From Actinomycetota bacterium (GTDB lineage: Bacteria; Actinomycetota; Acidimicrobiia; Acidimicrobiales; Ilumatobacteraceae): DNA of 28,792 nucleotides. The stretch's first letter is position 1; each line of letters begins with the position of its first letter. Below are positions 16,844 to 26,667 of the stretch, one piece after another. The stretch is taken from the NCBI GenBank assembly GCA_043725585.1, contig JAYSLK010000305.1:1-28792 (forward strand). Reading direction: 5' to 3'. The translations under genes were made by a program, and so were the position numbers. Under the pieces are notes generated by a model. The model made no database searches. It had not been told where the DNA came from and was given only the letters and a program-made list of their open reading frames with translations.

Positions 16844-18127
16844 GTGAGCCATCACGACGTGATCGTGGTCGGGGCGGGACTCGCCGGACTCCGATGTGCT
16901 GCAGATCTCGTTGCCGGCGGGCGCGAACCGATCGTGCTCGAGGGGCGATCGCGAGTCGGTGGTCGTGTGTGGAGCCATCGCTTCTCGAACGGGCAGTGGG
17001 CCGATCGCGGTGCCGAGTTCGTGGATCACGCTCACCAGGACGTGCTGGCGCTCGCGTCGTCGCTCGGTCTTGTGCTCAGCGACGTGTCGTGCGGTCGCGA
17101 CGATGAGCGACGGATGATCGACATGGGAGGGCGGTCGGCACCGTATGCACTCCATCACAGCCTCGCTCCCGACCTCGCTCGATTCGAGACAGCGATGACC
17201 GATCTGGCCGGGATCGTCGACATCGACGATCCAGCCGGGCCGCGTTCGGCGGTGCTGGACACGTTGCCGCTGAGCGCAGTGGTCGAGTCGCTCGGTCTGT
17301 CACTGGTGGCGCGGGTGGTGATCGGTCGCGACATCCGCACCGAGTACATGCTCGCGCCCGACGAGATCAGTCAACTGATGGCGGCGTGGATGACGGCGCT
17401 GCATCGGCGATCGGGGGATGGCTTCGAAGGTCATCGCATCGTGGGTGGCAACGACCAGCTCGCCACCGGCCTCGCTGACCGGCTGGGAGATCGGGTGCAG
17501 CTCGACACCCCCGTTGCGATCGTGGAGCCCGACGTCGGTGCGGTGGTGCTGCGCTCCGGGCACCGGATGACGGCGGATCATCTCGTCGTCACCGTGCCGT
17601 TGCCGGTGCTTGGCCGGATGTGGCACGACATCCCACCCGAGCTCAGCCGACCGGACTACGGCGTGGGTGGCAAGGTGAGCGTGCAGTTCGGTCGACGGGT
17701 GTGGCTCGATGATGGGCGCGACGGATCGGTGCGCACCGAACGGGCGTGGGGTGAACTGTGGGAGACCACCGACGGTCAATCGGGCGACGCGGGAGTGATG
17801 ACGGCCCTCTTGTCGTCGCACGACGGCGCAGCCCTGATGTCGTTGCCCGACATCGCTGATCGTGTGGTCGCCGAGATCGACCGCATCTTCCCCGGTTCCA
17901 AGGGTTTGGCAGGGGAGCGGGTGATCACCGACTGGACCGATGACGAGTTCAGCCTGGGGGCATACGTCACCTTCGGTCTGGGACAACTGGTGCCCGCGTG
18001 GCCCTTGCTGCGCGCTCCGCACGGCCGGATGTTGCTCGCCGGCGAGCACACCGACGAGTGGTGCGGCTACATGGAAGGCGCGTTGCGCAGCGGAACGCGG
18101 GTCGCCCGTACGATCCTCGCCGGCTGA
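16844..18127 (+). CDS. Flavin amine oxidase family FAD-dependent oxidoreductase
   Basis: VVGAGLAGL, LEGRSRVGGR, GAEFV, AGEHT, GYMEGALRSG. Confidence 0.92.
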   Translation: MSHHDVIVVGAGLAGLRCAADLVAGGREPIVLEGRSRVGGRVWSHRFSNGQWADRGAEFVDHAHQDVLALASSLGLVLSDVSCGRDDERRMIDMGGRSAPYALHHSLAPDLARFETAMTDLAGIVDIDDPAGPRSAVLDTLPLSAVVESLGLSLVARVVIGRDIRTEYMLAPDEISQLMAAWMTALHRRSGDGFEGHRIVGGNDQLATGLADRLGDRVQLDTPVAIVEPDVGAVVLRSGHRMTADHLVVTVPLPVLGRMWHDIPPELSRPDYGVGGKVSVQFGRRVWLDDGRDGSVRTERAWGELWETTDGQSGDAGVMTALLSSHDGAALMSLPDIADRVVAEIDRIFPGSKGLAGERVITDWTDDEFSLGAYVTFGLGQLVPAWPLLRAPHGRMLLAGEHTDEWCGYMEGALRSGTRVARTILAG

Positions 18128-18133
18128 CATGAT

Positions 18134-18184
18134 CGTTCTGGTCGCGCATCACTGCGCCGAATCGAGCGATTCGCGACCAGAACG
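18134..18184. repeat. Intergenic inverted repeat (REP-like or terminator)
   Basis: Perfect 13-bp arms CGTTCTGGTCGCG / CGCGACCAGAACG enclosing a 25-nt spacer. Confidence 0.7.
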
Positions 18185-18217
18185 CGTGCCACGACCGAGT
18201 ATGGAAAGAGACCACTG

Positions 18218-18703
18218 ATGCTCGCTGAGGAACTGACCCGACCCGCACGGACGATCGGCGAGTTGTTACGGGAGCGCGGCGAGATGGTTGCCGTAGCAGA
18301 AGGGTCCGCGGGAGGGTTGATCTCCGCCGCGCTGCTGTCGGTACCCGGTGCATCGGCGTACTTCCTCGGCGGCGCAGTGGTGTACACCCGCCAGGCGAGC
18401 TTGGCCTGGATGTTCGGTGCGGTCGAGACGCCGCAGAAGATGCGTGGTGCCACGGAGGTGTTCGCGCAGTACCTGGCGCGGTCGTGTCGGGTGAAGCTCG
18501 AGGCCACGTGGGGCATCGGCGAGGCAGGCGCCGCCGGTCCACCCAATCCGTACGGCGATCCGGCCGGCCACTGCTGGCTCGCCATCGCGGGCCCCGCCGA
18601 GTCGACGCGACACATACTCACCTGGATCGACGACCGCGAACCCAACATGGTCGCTTTTGCCGCCGCCGCGCTCACCCTGTTCGCTGAGGTCCTGGCGACC
18701 TGA
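18218..18703 (+). CDS. CinA C-terminal / NMN deamidase (PncC)-like protein
   Basis: VAVAEGSAGGLISAALLSVPGASAYFLGGAVVY, GEAGAAGP. Ser-to-Gly change in the usual AESxTGG motif. Confidence 0.85.
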   Translation: MLAEELTRPARTIGELLRERGEMVAVAEGSAGGLISAALLSVPGASAYFLGGAVVYTRQASLAWMFGAVETPQKMRGATEVFAQYLARSCRVKLEATWGIGEAGAAGPPNPYGDPAGHCWLAIAGPAESTRHILTWIDDREPNMVAFAAAALTLFAEVLAT

Positions 18704-18770
18704 TCTTCGGGAGTGAGAGGGCCGAGCACGGGCCGCACGGGCCCACTACGGGCCCAGCAAGTCACGATGG

Positions 18771-19703
18771 TCAGGTGGTGAGGATGTGGGCTCGGCCGTC
18801 GCGGACGATGACGGTGTGTTCGAACTGGGCGGTGGGCAGAAGATCGTTCGTCACCACGGTCCAGCCATCGTCCCAATCGTGGTGCTCGGGGGTGCCCGCG
18901 GTCAGCATCGGCTCGACGGTGAAGGTGAGGCCGTCGACCGCAAGGTGGGTGACCGGTCGGATCACGTGATCGATGTGCGGAGCCGCATGGAAGTGGCGGC
19001 CGATGCCGTGGCCGCCGTAATCGGCCACGACACCGAGGCCGCGGGAGTAGGCAAACGGTTGGATCGCCCGACCGATGAGGGCCAGCGGTTCACCGGTGCG
19101 GATGGCCTCGACGCCGCGCATCATCGCCTCACGTGTGGTGTCCACCAGTGAGGCGACGGGTATCGACACCTCGCCGACCGTGAACGTGGCCGAGCAGTCG
19201 CCGTGCATGCCGTCGATGTAGGCAGTCACGTCGACGTTCACGATGTCGCCCTCGCGCAGCGGTCGGTCATCGCCGATGCCGTGGCACACCACCTCGTTCA
19301 CCGAAGTGCAGATCGACTTCGCGAAGTGCTGGTAGTGCAGCGTGCTCGGGTAGGCGCCGTGTTCGATGTAGGCATTGTGTGCGATCTCGTCGAGCTCGTC
19401 GGTCGTGATGCCCACCCGCACCGCCGTGCCGACCGCATTGCGCACCTCCGCTGCGACGCGGCACGCGTGTTGCAGGCGGGCGAACTCGTCGGGGTCGGTG
19501 ATGATCTGCACCGAGCCGCGATCAGGGCGAGTGTCGCCGTCGCGCACGTACCACGGGCGCTCGATCTCGGAAGGCACATGCCGCGGCGGCGCGACCGTGC
19601 CGGGCCGCAGGGGCTCGATCGGCACCCGGAACTCGCCGTGGCACTTCTTGAACTTGCGCTTCGACCCGCACCAGCACACGTCGTTGCCTCGCCGTCGGAT
19701 CAT
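18771..19703 (-). CDS. map: Type I methionine aminopeptidase with N-terminal SEC-C zinc motif
   Basis: CWCGSKRKFKKCH; CTSVNEVVCHG, NVDVT, HGDCSAT, GHGIG..FH, FTVEPM, AQFEHT. Confidence 0.95.
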   Translation of the reverse strand: MIRRRGNDVCWCGSKRKFKKCHGEFRVPIEPLRPGTVAPPRHVPSEIERPWYVRDGDTRPDRGSVQIITDPDEFARLQHACRVAAEVRNAVGTAVRVGITTDELDEIAHNAYIEHGAYPSTLHYQHFAKSICTSVNEVVCHGIGDDRPLREGDIVNVDVTAYIDGMHGDCSATFTVGEVSIPVASLVDTTREAMMRGVEAIRTGEPLALIGRAIQPFAYSRGLGVVADYGGHGIGRHFHAAPHIDHVIRPVTHLAVDGLTFTVEPMLTAGTPEHHDWDDGWTVVTNDLLPTAQFEHTVIVRDGRAHILTT

Positions 19704-19815
19704 GTGATCACCCTACGGCCGGTGCCAGGAGGAGCGACTGCCGAACCGGCCATGCTCGGGGGGTCCGAGTACCAGCGGCCACCCCGGGGTGACGTGTGTT
19801 CCTCGATTCGACCTC

Positions 19816-19847
19816 GTGGGACTCGGGTGGGGGTGTGGGACTCGGGT
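19816..19847. repeat. 13-bp direct repeat forming a five-tract G-rich motif
   Basis: GTGGGACTCGGGT at 19816 and 19835, separated by GGGGGT. Confidence 0.6.
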
Positions 19848-22270
19848 CAGATGCCCTCGGCAGCGCTGAGGCCGGCTTCGTCGACGGCCTGTCCGGCGGC
19901 CAGGCGGGCGAAGATCGAGGGCGGGTCGCGCCAGGGGTCGGGGAGCGTTCCGGCTTCGGCATCGCGGATCGTGCGCCACACCCGCTCGCTGGTGCACGGC
20001 ATGTCGATGTGGCGCACACCGAGGTGGGCGAGCGCATCGATCACTGCGTTCTGCACGGCCGGGGTGCTGCCGATCGTGCTCGCCTCGCCGATGCCCTTGG
20101 CGCCCAAGGGGTTGAGTGGGGTGGGAGTCTCGGTGCTGTGCACCTCGAAGCTGGGGAACTCGGCGGCCGAGGGGAAGGCGTAGTCCATGAAGTTGCCCGT
20201 GAGCGGGTTGCCGTCGGTGTCGTAGTGCACCTGCTCGTACAACGCCTGGCTGACGCCCGAGGCGACGCCGCCGTGCTGTTGGCCTTCCACGAGCAACGGG
20301 TTCAGCACGGTGCCGCAGTCGTCGACCGCGATGTGGCGCAGCAGGGTGACCTTGCCGGTGTCCTGGTCGACTTCGACCACGGCGATGTGGGCGCCGAACG
20401 GGAATGTAGCGTCGCCCTGCTCGAAGTCGAGTTGCGCAGCGAGCCCGAGCGTGCCGTCCTCGTGGTCGACCGGGTCGTCCTCGCTTCCCGCCGACGCGGC
20501 CGCAGCGGTGGCGAGTGCACTCCAGTCGAGAGCGGTGGCCGGCGCGCCCACCACGCCGACGGTGCCGGTGGTGGTGTCGACGACGATGTCTGCCTCGTCG
20601 GCCTCCAGCATCTGGGCGGCGAGCTTCTTCGCCTTGTCCACCATCGCCTCGGTGGCCCGCAGCACCGCCGAGCCGCCCAGTTGCAGCGAGCGCGAGCCGC
20701 CGGTGCCGCCGCCCGACCGCACCAGGTCGGTGTCGACGGCGATCAGCGTGACCTTGTCGACGTCGATGCCGGTGAGGCTGCTCACGATCATCGCGAACGC
20801 GGTCTGGTGACCCTGCCCGTGGGCCGAGGTACCCGCCTTCACCGTGACGGTGCCGGCGGGATGGATCTCCACCGCGCCGTACTCGCTGGCCCCGCCGCCC
20901 GCGGTCACCTCGACGTACGACGCGACGCCGATGCCCAGCATCTTGCGATCGCCGCGTGCGCGGCGGGCGGCCTGCTCTCGTCGCAGGTCGTCGTAGCCGG
21001 CGTGACGGGCCGCGGTGTCGAGCGGAGTGGTGTACTCGCCCGTGTCGTAGGTGACGCCGGTGAGGGTGGTGAACGGGAAGACGTCGTCGGCGAGAAGGTT
21101 GCGCTTGCGGAGCTCGATCGGGTCGATGCCCAGTTCGATCGCGGCCTGGTCGACGGCACGCTCGAGCAGCGCCGTCGCCTCCGGGCGGCCGGCGCCGCGG
21201 TAGGCACCGGTGGGTGTGGTGTTGGTGGCCGCGACGGCGATGTCGAACTGGATCGCGGGGAAGCGGTACGTGCCGTTGCTCATGCGACGGGTGCCCGCCG
21301 GCAGGAATGCGCCGAGGCCGGGGTAGGCGCCGCCGTCGCCCACCAGATGGACGCGCAAGCCGGTGAAGGTGCCGTCGGACGTGCACCCCAGCTCGACGTA
21401 CTGCACCTGAGCCCGACTGTGAGCGAGGGCGACCATGTCCTCGCTGCGGGTCGACATCCACGAGCACGCCCGCCCGAGGCGTTTGGTGACGGCCGCAACC
21501 ACGGTCTGTTCGGGGTAGAGCCCGGCCTTGCCGCCGAACCCGCCGCCGACGCTCGGGGTGATGATGCGCAGCTCTTCGGGCTTCACGCCGAGCGCACGCG
21601 ACAGCAGTCCGTACAGCAAGTGCGGCATCTGGGTGCTGCCGTAGAACACGAGTCGACCGTCGTCGGCGATGTACGCCGCAGCGCCGTGCGGCTCCATCGG
21701 GGCGACAGCCACGCGCTGGTTGACATATCGGCCGCGCACCACCACGTCGGCGGTGGCGAAGATGTCTGGCTGGGCGGTGTCGGTGGTGGCGACGGCCACG
21801 TTGTCGCCGTGCTCCTCGAACAGCAGCGACGCGTCGTCGAAGGCGAGTTCGGGGTCGACCACCGCCGGCAGTGCCTCGTAGTCGACCATCACCATGTCGG
21901 CTGCGTCCTTGGCCTGCACTGCGGTCTCGGCGACCACCACGGCGATCGCCTCGCCGACGAAGCGCACCTTGTCGACCGCCAGCGGCGGCCGGGCGAAGTT
22001 GTCGTGAACCTTGGCCATGCCGTGCATCGGTCGCAGCCCGAGATCGGCCGCGGTGTAGACAGTCACCACCCCGGGGGCAGTGCGTGCCTCGCTGGTGTCG
22101 ATCGCGGTGATGCGGGCATGTGCCAGCTCGGATCGCACGAACACCAGGTGCAGCGCTCCTTCGAGCGGCCCGCCAGGTGCGGACAGGTCGTCGACGTAGC
22201 GCACCTCACCGAGCAGCAGCTCGGGATCTTCCGTCCGCACCACACGTGTTCCCAGGATCGAACCAACCAT
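19847..22270 (-). CDS. Xanthine dehydrogenase family Mo-binding large subunit (form II CoxL-like)
   Basis: EDPELL.G..RYVDD, PMEPHG, STQMPH, VGGGFGGK, AYRGAGRPE, HGQGH, GGTGGSRS, DDCG..LNP, GAKGIGE. Confidence 0.94.
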   Translation of the reverse strand: MVGSILGTRVVRTEDPELLLGEVRYVDDLSAPGGPLEGALHLVFVRSELAHARITAIDTSEARTAPGVVTVYTAADLGLRPMHGMAKVHDNFARPPLAVDKVRFVGEAIAVVVAETAVQAKDAADMVMVDYEALPAVVDPELAFDDASLLFEEHGDNVAVATTDTAQPDIFATADVVVRGRYVNQRVAVAPMEPHGAAAYIADDGRLVFYGSTQMPHLLYGLLSRALGVKPEELRIITPSVGGGFGGKAGLYPEQTVVAAVTKRLGRACSWMSTRSEDMVALAHSRAQVQYVELGCTSDGTFTGLRVHLVGDGGAYPGLGAFLPAGTRRMSNGTYRFPAIQFDIAVAATNTTPTGAYRGAGRPEATALLERAVDQAAIELGIDPIELRKRNLLADDVFPFTTLTGVTYDTGEYTTPLDTAARHAGYDDLRREQAARRARGDRKMLGIGVASYVEVTAGGGASEYGAVEIHPAGTVTVKAGTSAHGQGHQTAFAMIVSSLTGIDVDKVTLIAVDTDLVRSGGGTGGSRSLQLGGSAVLRATEAMVDKAKKLAAQMLEADEADIVVDTTTGTVGVVGAPATALDWSALATAAAASAGSEDDPVDHEDGTLGLAAQLDFEQGDATFPFGAHIAVVEVDQDTGKVTLLRHIAVDDCGTVLNPLLVEGQQHGGVASGVSQALYEQVHYDTDGNPLTGNFMDYAFPSAAEFPSFEVHSTETPTPLNPLGAKGIGEASTIGSTPAVQNAVIDALAHLGVRHIDMPCTSERVWRTIRDAEAGTLPDPWRDPPSIFARLAAGQAVDEAGLSAAEGI

Positions 22271-22295
22271 GCGTCGAACCTACAGCCGACCGAGA

Positions 22296-22342
22296 CCGCG
22301 ATGAGAGATGAGTGGCCCAGCGCCGCTCATCTCTCATCACGG
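22296..22342. repeat. REP-like palindrome, copy 1
   Basis: CCGCGATGAGAGATGAGTGGC-ccagc-GCCGCTCATCTCTCATCACGG (21-bp arms, 2 deviations); overlaps the vapC stop. Confidence 0.85.
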
Positions 22343-22776
22343 CTCGTGCGGGGACCAGGTCTCGCCGCTGCTGTCGGGCAAGGCCATCCATCGGCCTCCC
22401 TCGTCGTGCACCATCGCCAACAATGCCGGATCGCTGGTGGCGAGCACAGTGTCCCGGTCGAGCGTCGCGGCGGCGGCACAACAGTCGGCGATGCTGATCG
22501 ACCGTCGGGCCCGGTGGTAGTGCTGCGCACGCAGCGCCGCCGCATCGAGGGCCGTCGGTGGGTCGACGTCCGAGATCATCACGCCGAGCGTGAGCAGGTC
22601 CTGCTCGAGGTCGAGTCGTATGAATCCGTGGACCCGCATCAGCCGGTCGGCAACCTCGGCGAGGTTGATCGCCGACACGACGACCTGCTCGCCCCCACGA
22701 GGACGTCGCGCACGATCGGCGCAGCGAACTCGCCGGTGAAGAACGCCTCAATGGCGAACGCGTCGAGCACGATCAC
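22337..22776 (-). pseudogene. vapC: PIN-domain VapC-type toxin with a 1-nt frameshift
   Basis: GTG start VIVLDAFAIEAFF..., shift in the C5 run 22692-22696, then EQVVVSAINLAEV...SIADC...LATSD. 440 nt plus 1 base gives a 146-aa PIN protein. Confidence 0.8.
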
Positions 22777-22891
22777 GCCCGTCCTCGCGTTCGGTCTGCT
22801 CTTCCAGGATCGCTCGACGCATCTCGTCACTCGTCTCGGTGACGAGGTGTTTGTACTTCCCCATCAACTTCGTGACGGCGTCGGGATCGAG
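22748..22891 (-). pseudogene. Probable C-terminal remnant of the cognate antitoxin
   Basis: LDPDAVTKLMGKYKHLVTETSDEMRRAILEEQTERED overlapping the vapC start. Upstream of 22891 the sequence belongs to a different gene on the other strand. Identity inferred from position and acidic helical character. Confidence 0.5.
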
Positions 22892-23070
22892 GTGCTGGTG
22901 CTCGGCGGCGAACACGATCCCGTGTGCCCGATCGCCGGCTCCGAGGAGATCGCTGCGCACCTACCGGCCGAGCACGTGCAATTCGAACGCTTCGCCCACA
23001 GTGGCCACGGCGTGTTCCGCGACGAGGCCCCAAGGCGTACGCAATCCTCCGCGACTTCGTCACGACCTGA
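22892..23070 (+). pseudogene. C-terminal remnant of an alpha/beta hydrolase
   Basis: VLVLGGEHDPVCP (Asp) ... RFAHSGHGVFRDE (His); a shift at the C4 run 23028-23031 gives KAYAILRDFVTT-stop. No N-terminal half or GxSxG serine. Confidence 0.75.
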
Positions 23071-23116
23071 CCGCGATGAGAGATGAGTGCCGCTACCGCA
23101 CTCATCTCTCATCGCA
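23071..23116. repeat. REP-like palindrome, copy 2
   Basis: Perfect 18-bp arms GCGATGAGAGATGAGTGC / GCACTCATCTCTCATCGC with a 7-nt loop. Confidence 0.88.
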
Positions 23117-23132
23117 GTGGTTCGACGGCCGA

Positions 23133-23178
23133 CCGCGATGAGAGATTGGGGCGGCAGGGGCACTCATCTCTCATCGCG
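23133..23178. repeat. REP-like palindrome, copy 3 (left arm partly diverged)
   Basis: CCGCGATGAGAGAT ... GCACTCATCTCTCATCGCG. Confidence 0.85.
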
Positions 23179-23182
23179 AGGG

Positions 23183-24335
23183 TCAGATGTGGTCGAGGGC
23201 CTGTTCGAGGTCGGCGACGAGGTCGGCGGCCGACTCGATGCCGACGCTCAAGCGCACGAGAGAATCGGGAACCTGCAGCGGTGAGCCGGCGGCGGACGCG
23301 TGCGTCATCTGGCCGGGGTGCTCGATCAGGCTCTCCACCGCGCCGAGCGACTCGGCAAGGGTGAACACCTGGGTGTGACGCACCACCTCGAGTGCAGCGT
23401 CGAGACCGCCCTTCAACGTGAAGCTCACCATGCCGCCGAAGTCGCGCATCTGCTTCGCCGCGGCGGCATGGCCGAGATGATCGGGCAACTGCGGGTAGAG
23501 CACGCGCTCGACCGCTGGGTGACCGACGAGCATGTCGACGACCGCTCGTGCATTCGAGCAGTGCCGGTCCATGCGCACGCCGAGGGTCTTCACCCCGCGC
23601 AGCACGAGGTAGCAGTCGAAGGGGGCGGGCACGGCGCCGGCCGCGTTCTGGGTGAAGCGGATCCTGTCGGCCAGTTCGTCGTCGTCGAGCGCCAGGAACC
23701 CGCCGAGCACGTCGCTGTGGCCGCCCAGGTACTTGGTCGCCGAGTGCACCACCACGTCGGCGCCGAGCGCGAGCGGAGTCTGCAGGAACGGCGTGGCGAA
23801 GGTGTTGTCGACCACGACGATCGCTCCGTGGGCATGGGCGACCGCGGCCACCGCCTCGATGTCGACACAGGTGAGCAGCGGATTGGTGGGCGACTCGAGC
23901 CACACCATGCGGGTGTCGGCCGGCCAGTTCGCCGACAACGAATCGACGTCGGTGAGGTCGACGGCGGTCCACGAGACCCCGAGCGGGCCCCACACCTTGG
24001 AGATCAGCCGGAACGTGCCGCCATACGCGTCGTTGCCGAGCAGCACTCGGTCACCTGGCGACAACAGACGCAGCACGTTGTCTTCTGCCGCCAGCCCGGA
24101 TGCGAATGCGAGGCCGTGACGCGCGCCCTCGAGCGACGCGACGCACGCCTCGAGTGCAGCTCGCGTGGGGTTGCCGCTGCGCGAGTACTCGAATCCCTTG
24201 TGATTGCCCACGCCGTCCTGGGCGAACGTGGTCGACAGCGTGATCGGCACGACGACCGCCCCCGACGCGGCATCGGGGGCCTGCCCGACGTGGACGGCGC
24301 GGGTCTCGAAACCCCAACCCTGCTGGTGCTCCTGG

Positions 24336-24343
<8 letters not shown>
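23183..24343 (-). CDS. metB: Cystathionine gamma-synthase/lyase
   Basis: [28 protein letters not shown]-lysine motif [23 protein letters not shown]. Confidence 0.94.
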
Positions 24344-25757
<1,414 letters not shown>

Positions 25758-25836
25758 GCGGTCGAGGGTAGTCGGCCCCGCATCGGTCGTGAATGGGGTC
25801 TGTGCACGGCGCATGTCACCGCAGGGACGGGAATGT

Positions 25837-26604
25837 TCAGCGAGCGTCGCGGCCGGTGGTCTCGATCGCAGTCGTCTCGATGCTCGAGTAGGGGAGCTTG
25901 GCGAAGAACCGGTCGGCGTTGCGGGCGAGCACTTTCACTGCGCTGTAGTTCGCCGTGCCACCGATGGCTGCGCCGATGCCGAGCGGGAGCGCGGTGCCCA
26001 ACGCGATCGCACCCCGTTTCGTGCCATAGCGGCGGAGCAGCTTGTTGCGGAGCAGCCCATTGATCGCCCGCAACGTTGCGAGCGGCACTCGCGAGTTCGG
26101 TTGTTCGAGCTCGAGGCCCAACTGCTTCGCAGCGGAGGTGAACCCCTCGCGAGCGCTGCTGCCGAAGATGAGCACTGCGAGCACCCATGCGCGGCGCTCG
26201 TCGAGGGTCGGTGCACGTCGCCCGTGGAGCGCGGCCATCGTGAGGATCAGATCGCCCGACCGTGCCGTGAACCACCCGAGTTCGGCCACCGCGGCAGCCA
26301 TCGACGCCGCCGTGCCCACAGCGGGAGCGGCGGCGGCGGCGCCGGTGGCGGCACCGACTGCAGCGAGCTCGCGGGCGAACGTGTCGGTGAGGGCCTTCAC
26401 CTTCTGCGGCTTCACCGATCCGGGGAGCTGTGCTGCGCGTTCGACCGCTGCGTCCCACCTCGCCTCTGTCGCTTTGTCGATCCCTGCCATCAAGGCGTCG
26501 CCGACCGCGCTCGCATCGAGCGTCGCCACTCGCTCCGTGAGCCATCGGTTCGCCCGGTCCCTGGCCTCGCGGGCGCCGCTGCTGATGGTGCGCGCCATCA
26601 CCAC
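25837..26604 (-). CDS. Hypothetical protein, possibly EcsC-like
   Basis: Ala/Gly-rich helices (AVGAATGAAAAAPAVG; LPLGIGAAIGGTANY) typical of EcsC-like proteins. Confidence 0.65.
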   Translation of the reverse strand: MVMARTISSGAREARDRANRWLTERVATLDASAVGDALMAGIDKATEARWDAAVERAAQLPGSVKPQKVKALTDTFARELAAVGAATGAAAAAPAVGTAASMAAAVAELGWFTARSGDLILTMAALHGRRAPTLDERRAWVLAVLIFGSSAREGFTSAAKQLGLELEQPNSRVPLATLRAINGLLRNKLLRRYGTKRGAIALGTALPLGIGAAIGGTANYSAVKVLARNADRFFAKLPYSSIETTAIETTGRDAR

Positions 26605-26667
26605 GTTGTAGCCGCTCCGGCAACCGTTGCATGGTCGCGCAGAGCGGGCCCGGGCCCGGGCCGTGCG

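Noticed and set aside
19847-22270. Bona fide (form I) CO dehydrogenase
   Set aside because: The active-site loop is AYRGAGR rather than AYxCSFR, and no coxMS or accessory genes are adjacent.
19796-23086. 1096-aa plus-strand ORF, and similar long ORFs (14182..16800, 25486..27882, 24204..26063, 5800..7503, 1047..2243, 23300..24394)
   Set aside because: Antisense or alternate-frame shadows of real genes caused by GC3 bias, with no family motifs. Only the last ~45 codons of the first (hydrolase remnant) and the MOSC part of the second are real.
22296-23178. CRISPR array
   Set aside because: Only three long self-complementary units at irregular spacing, no spacer pattern and no cas genes.
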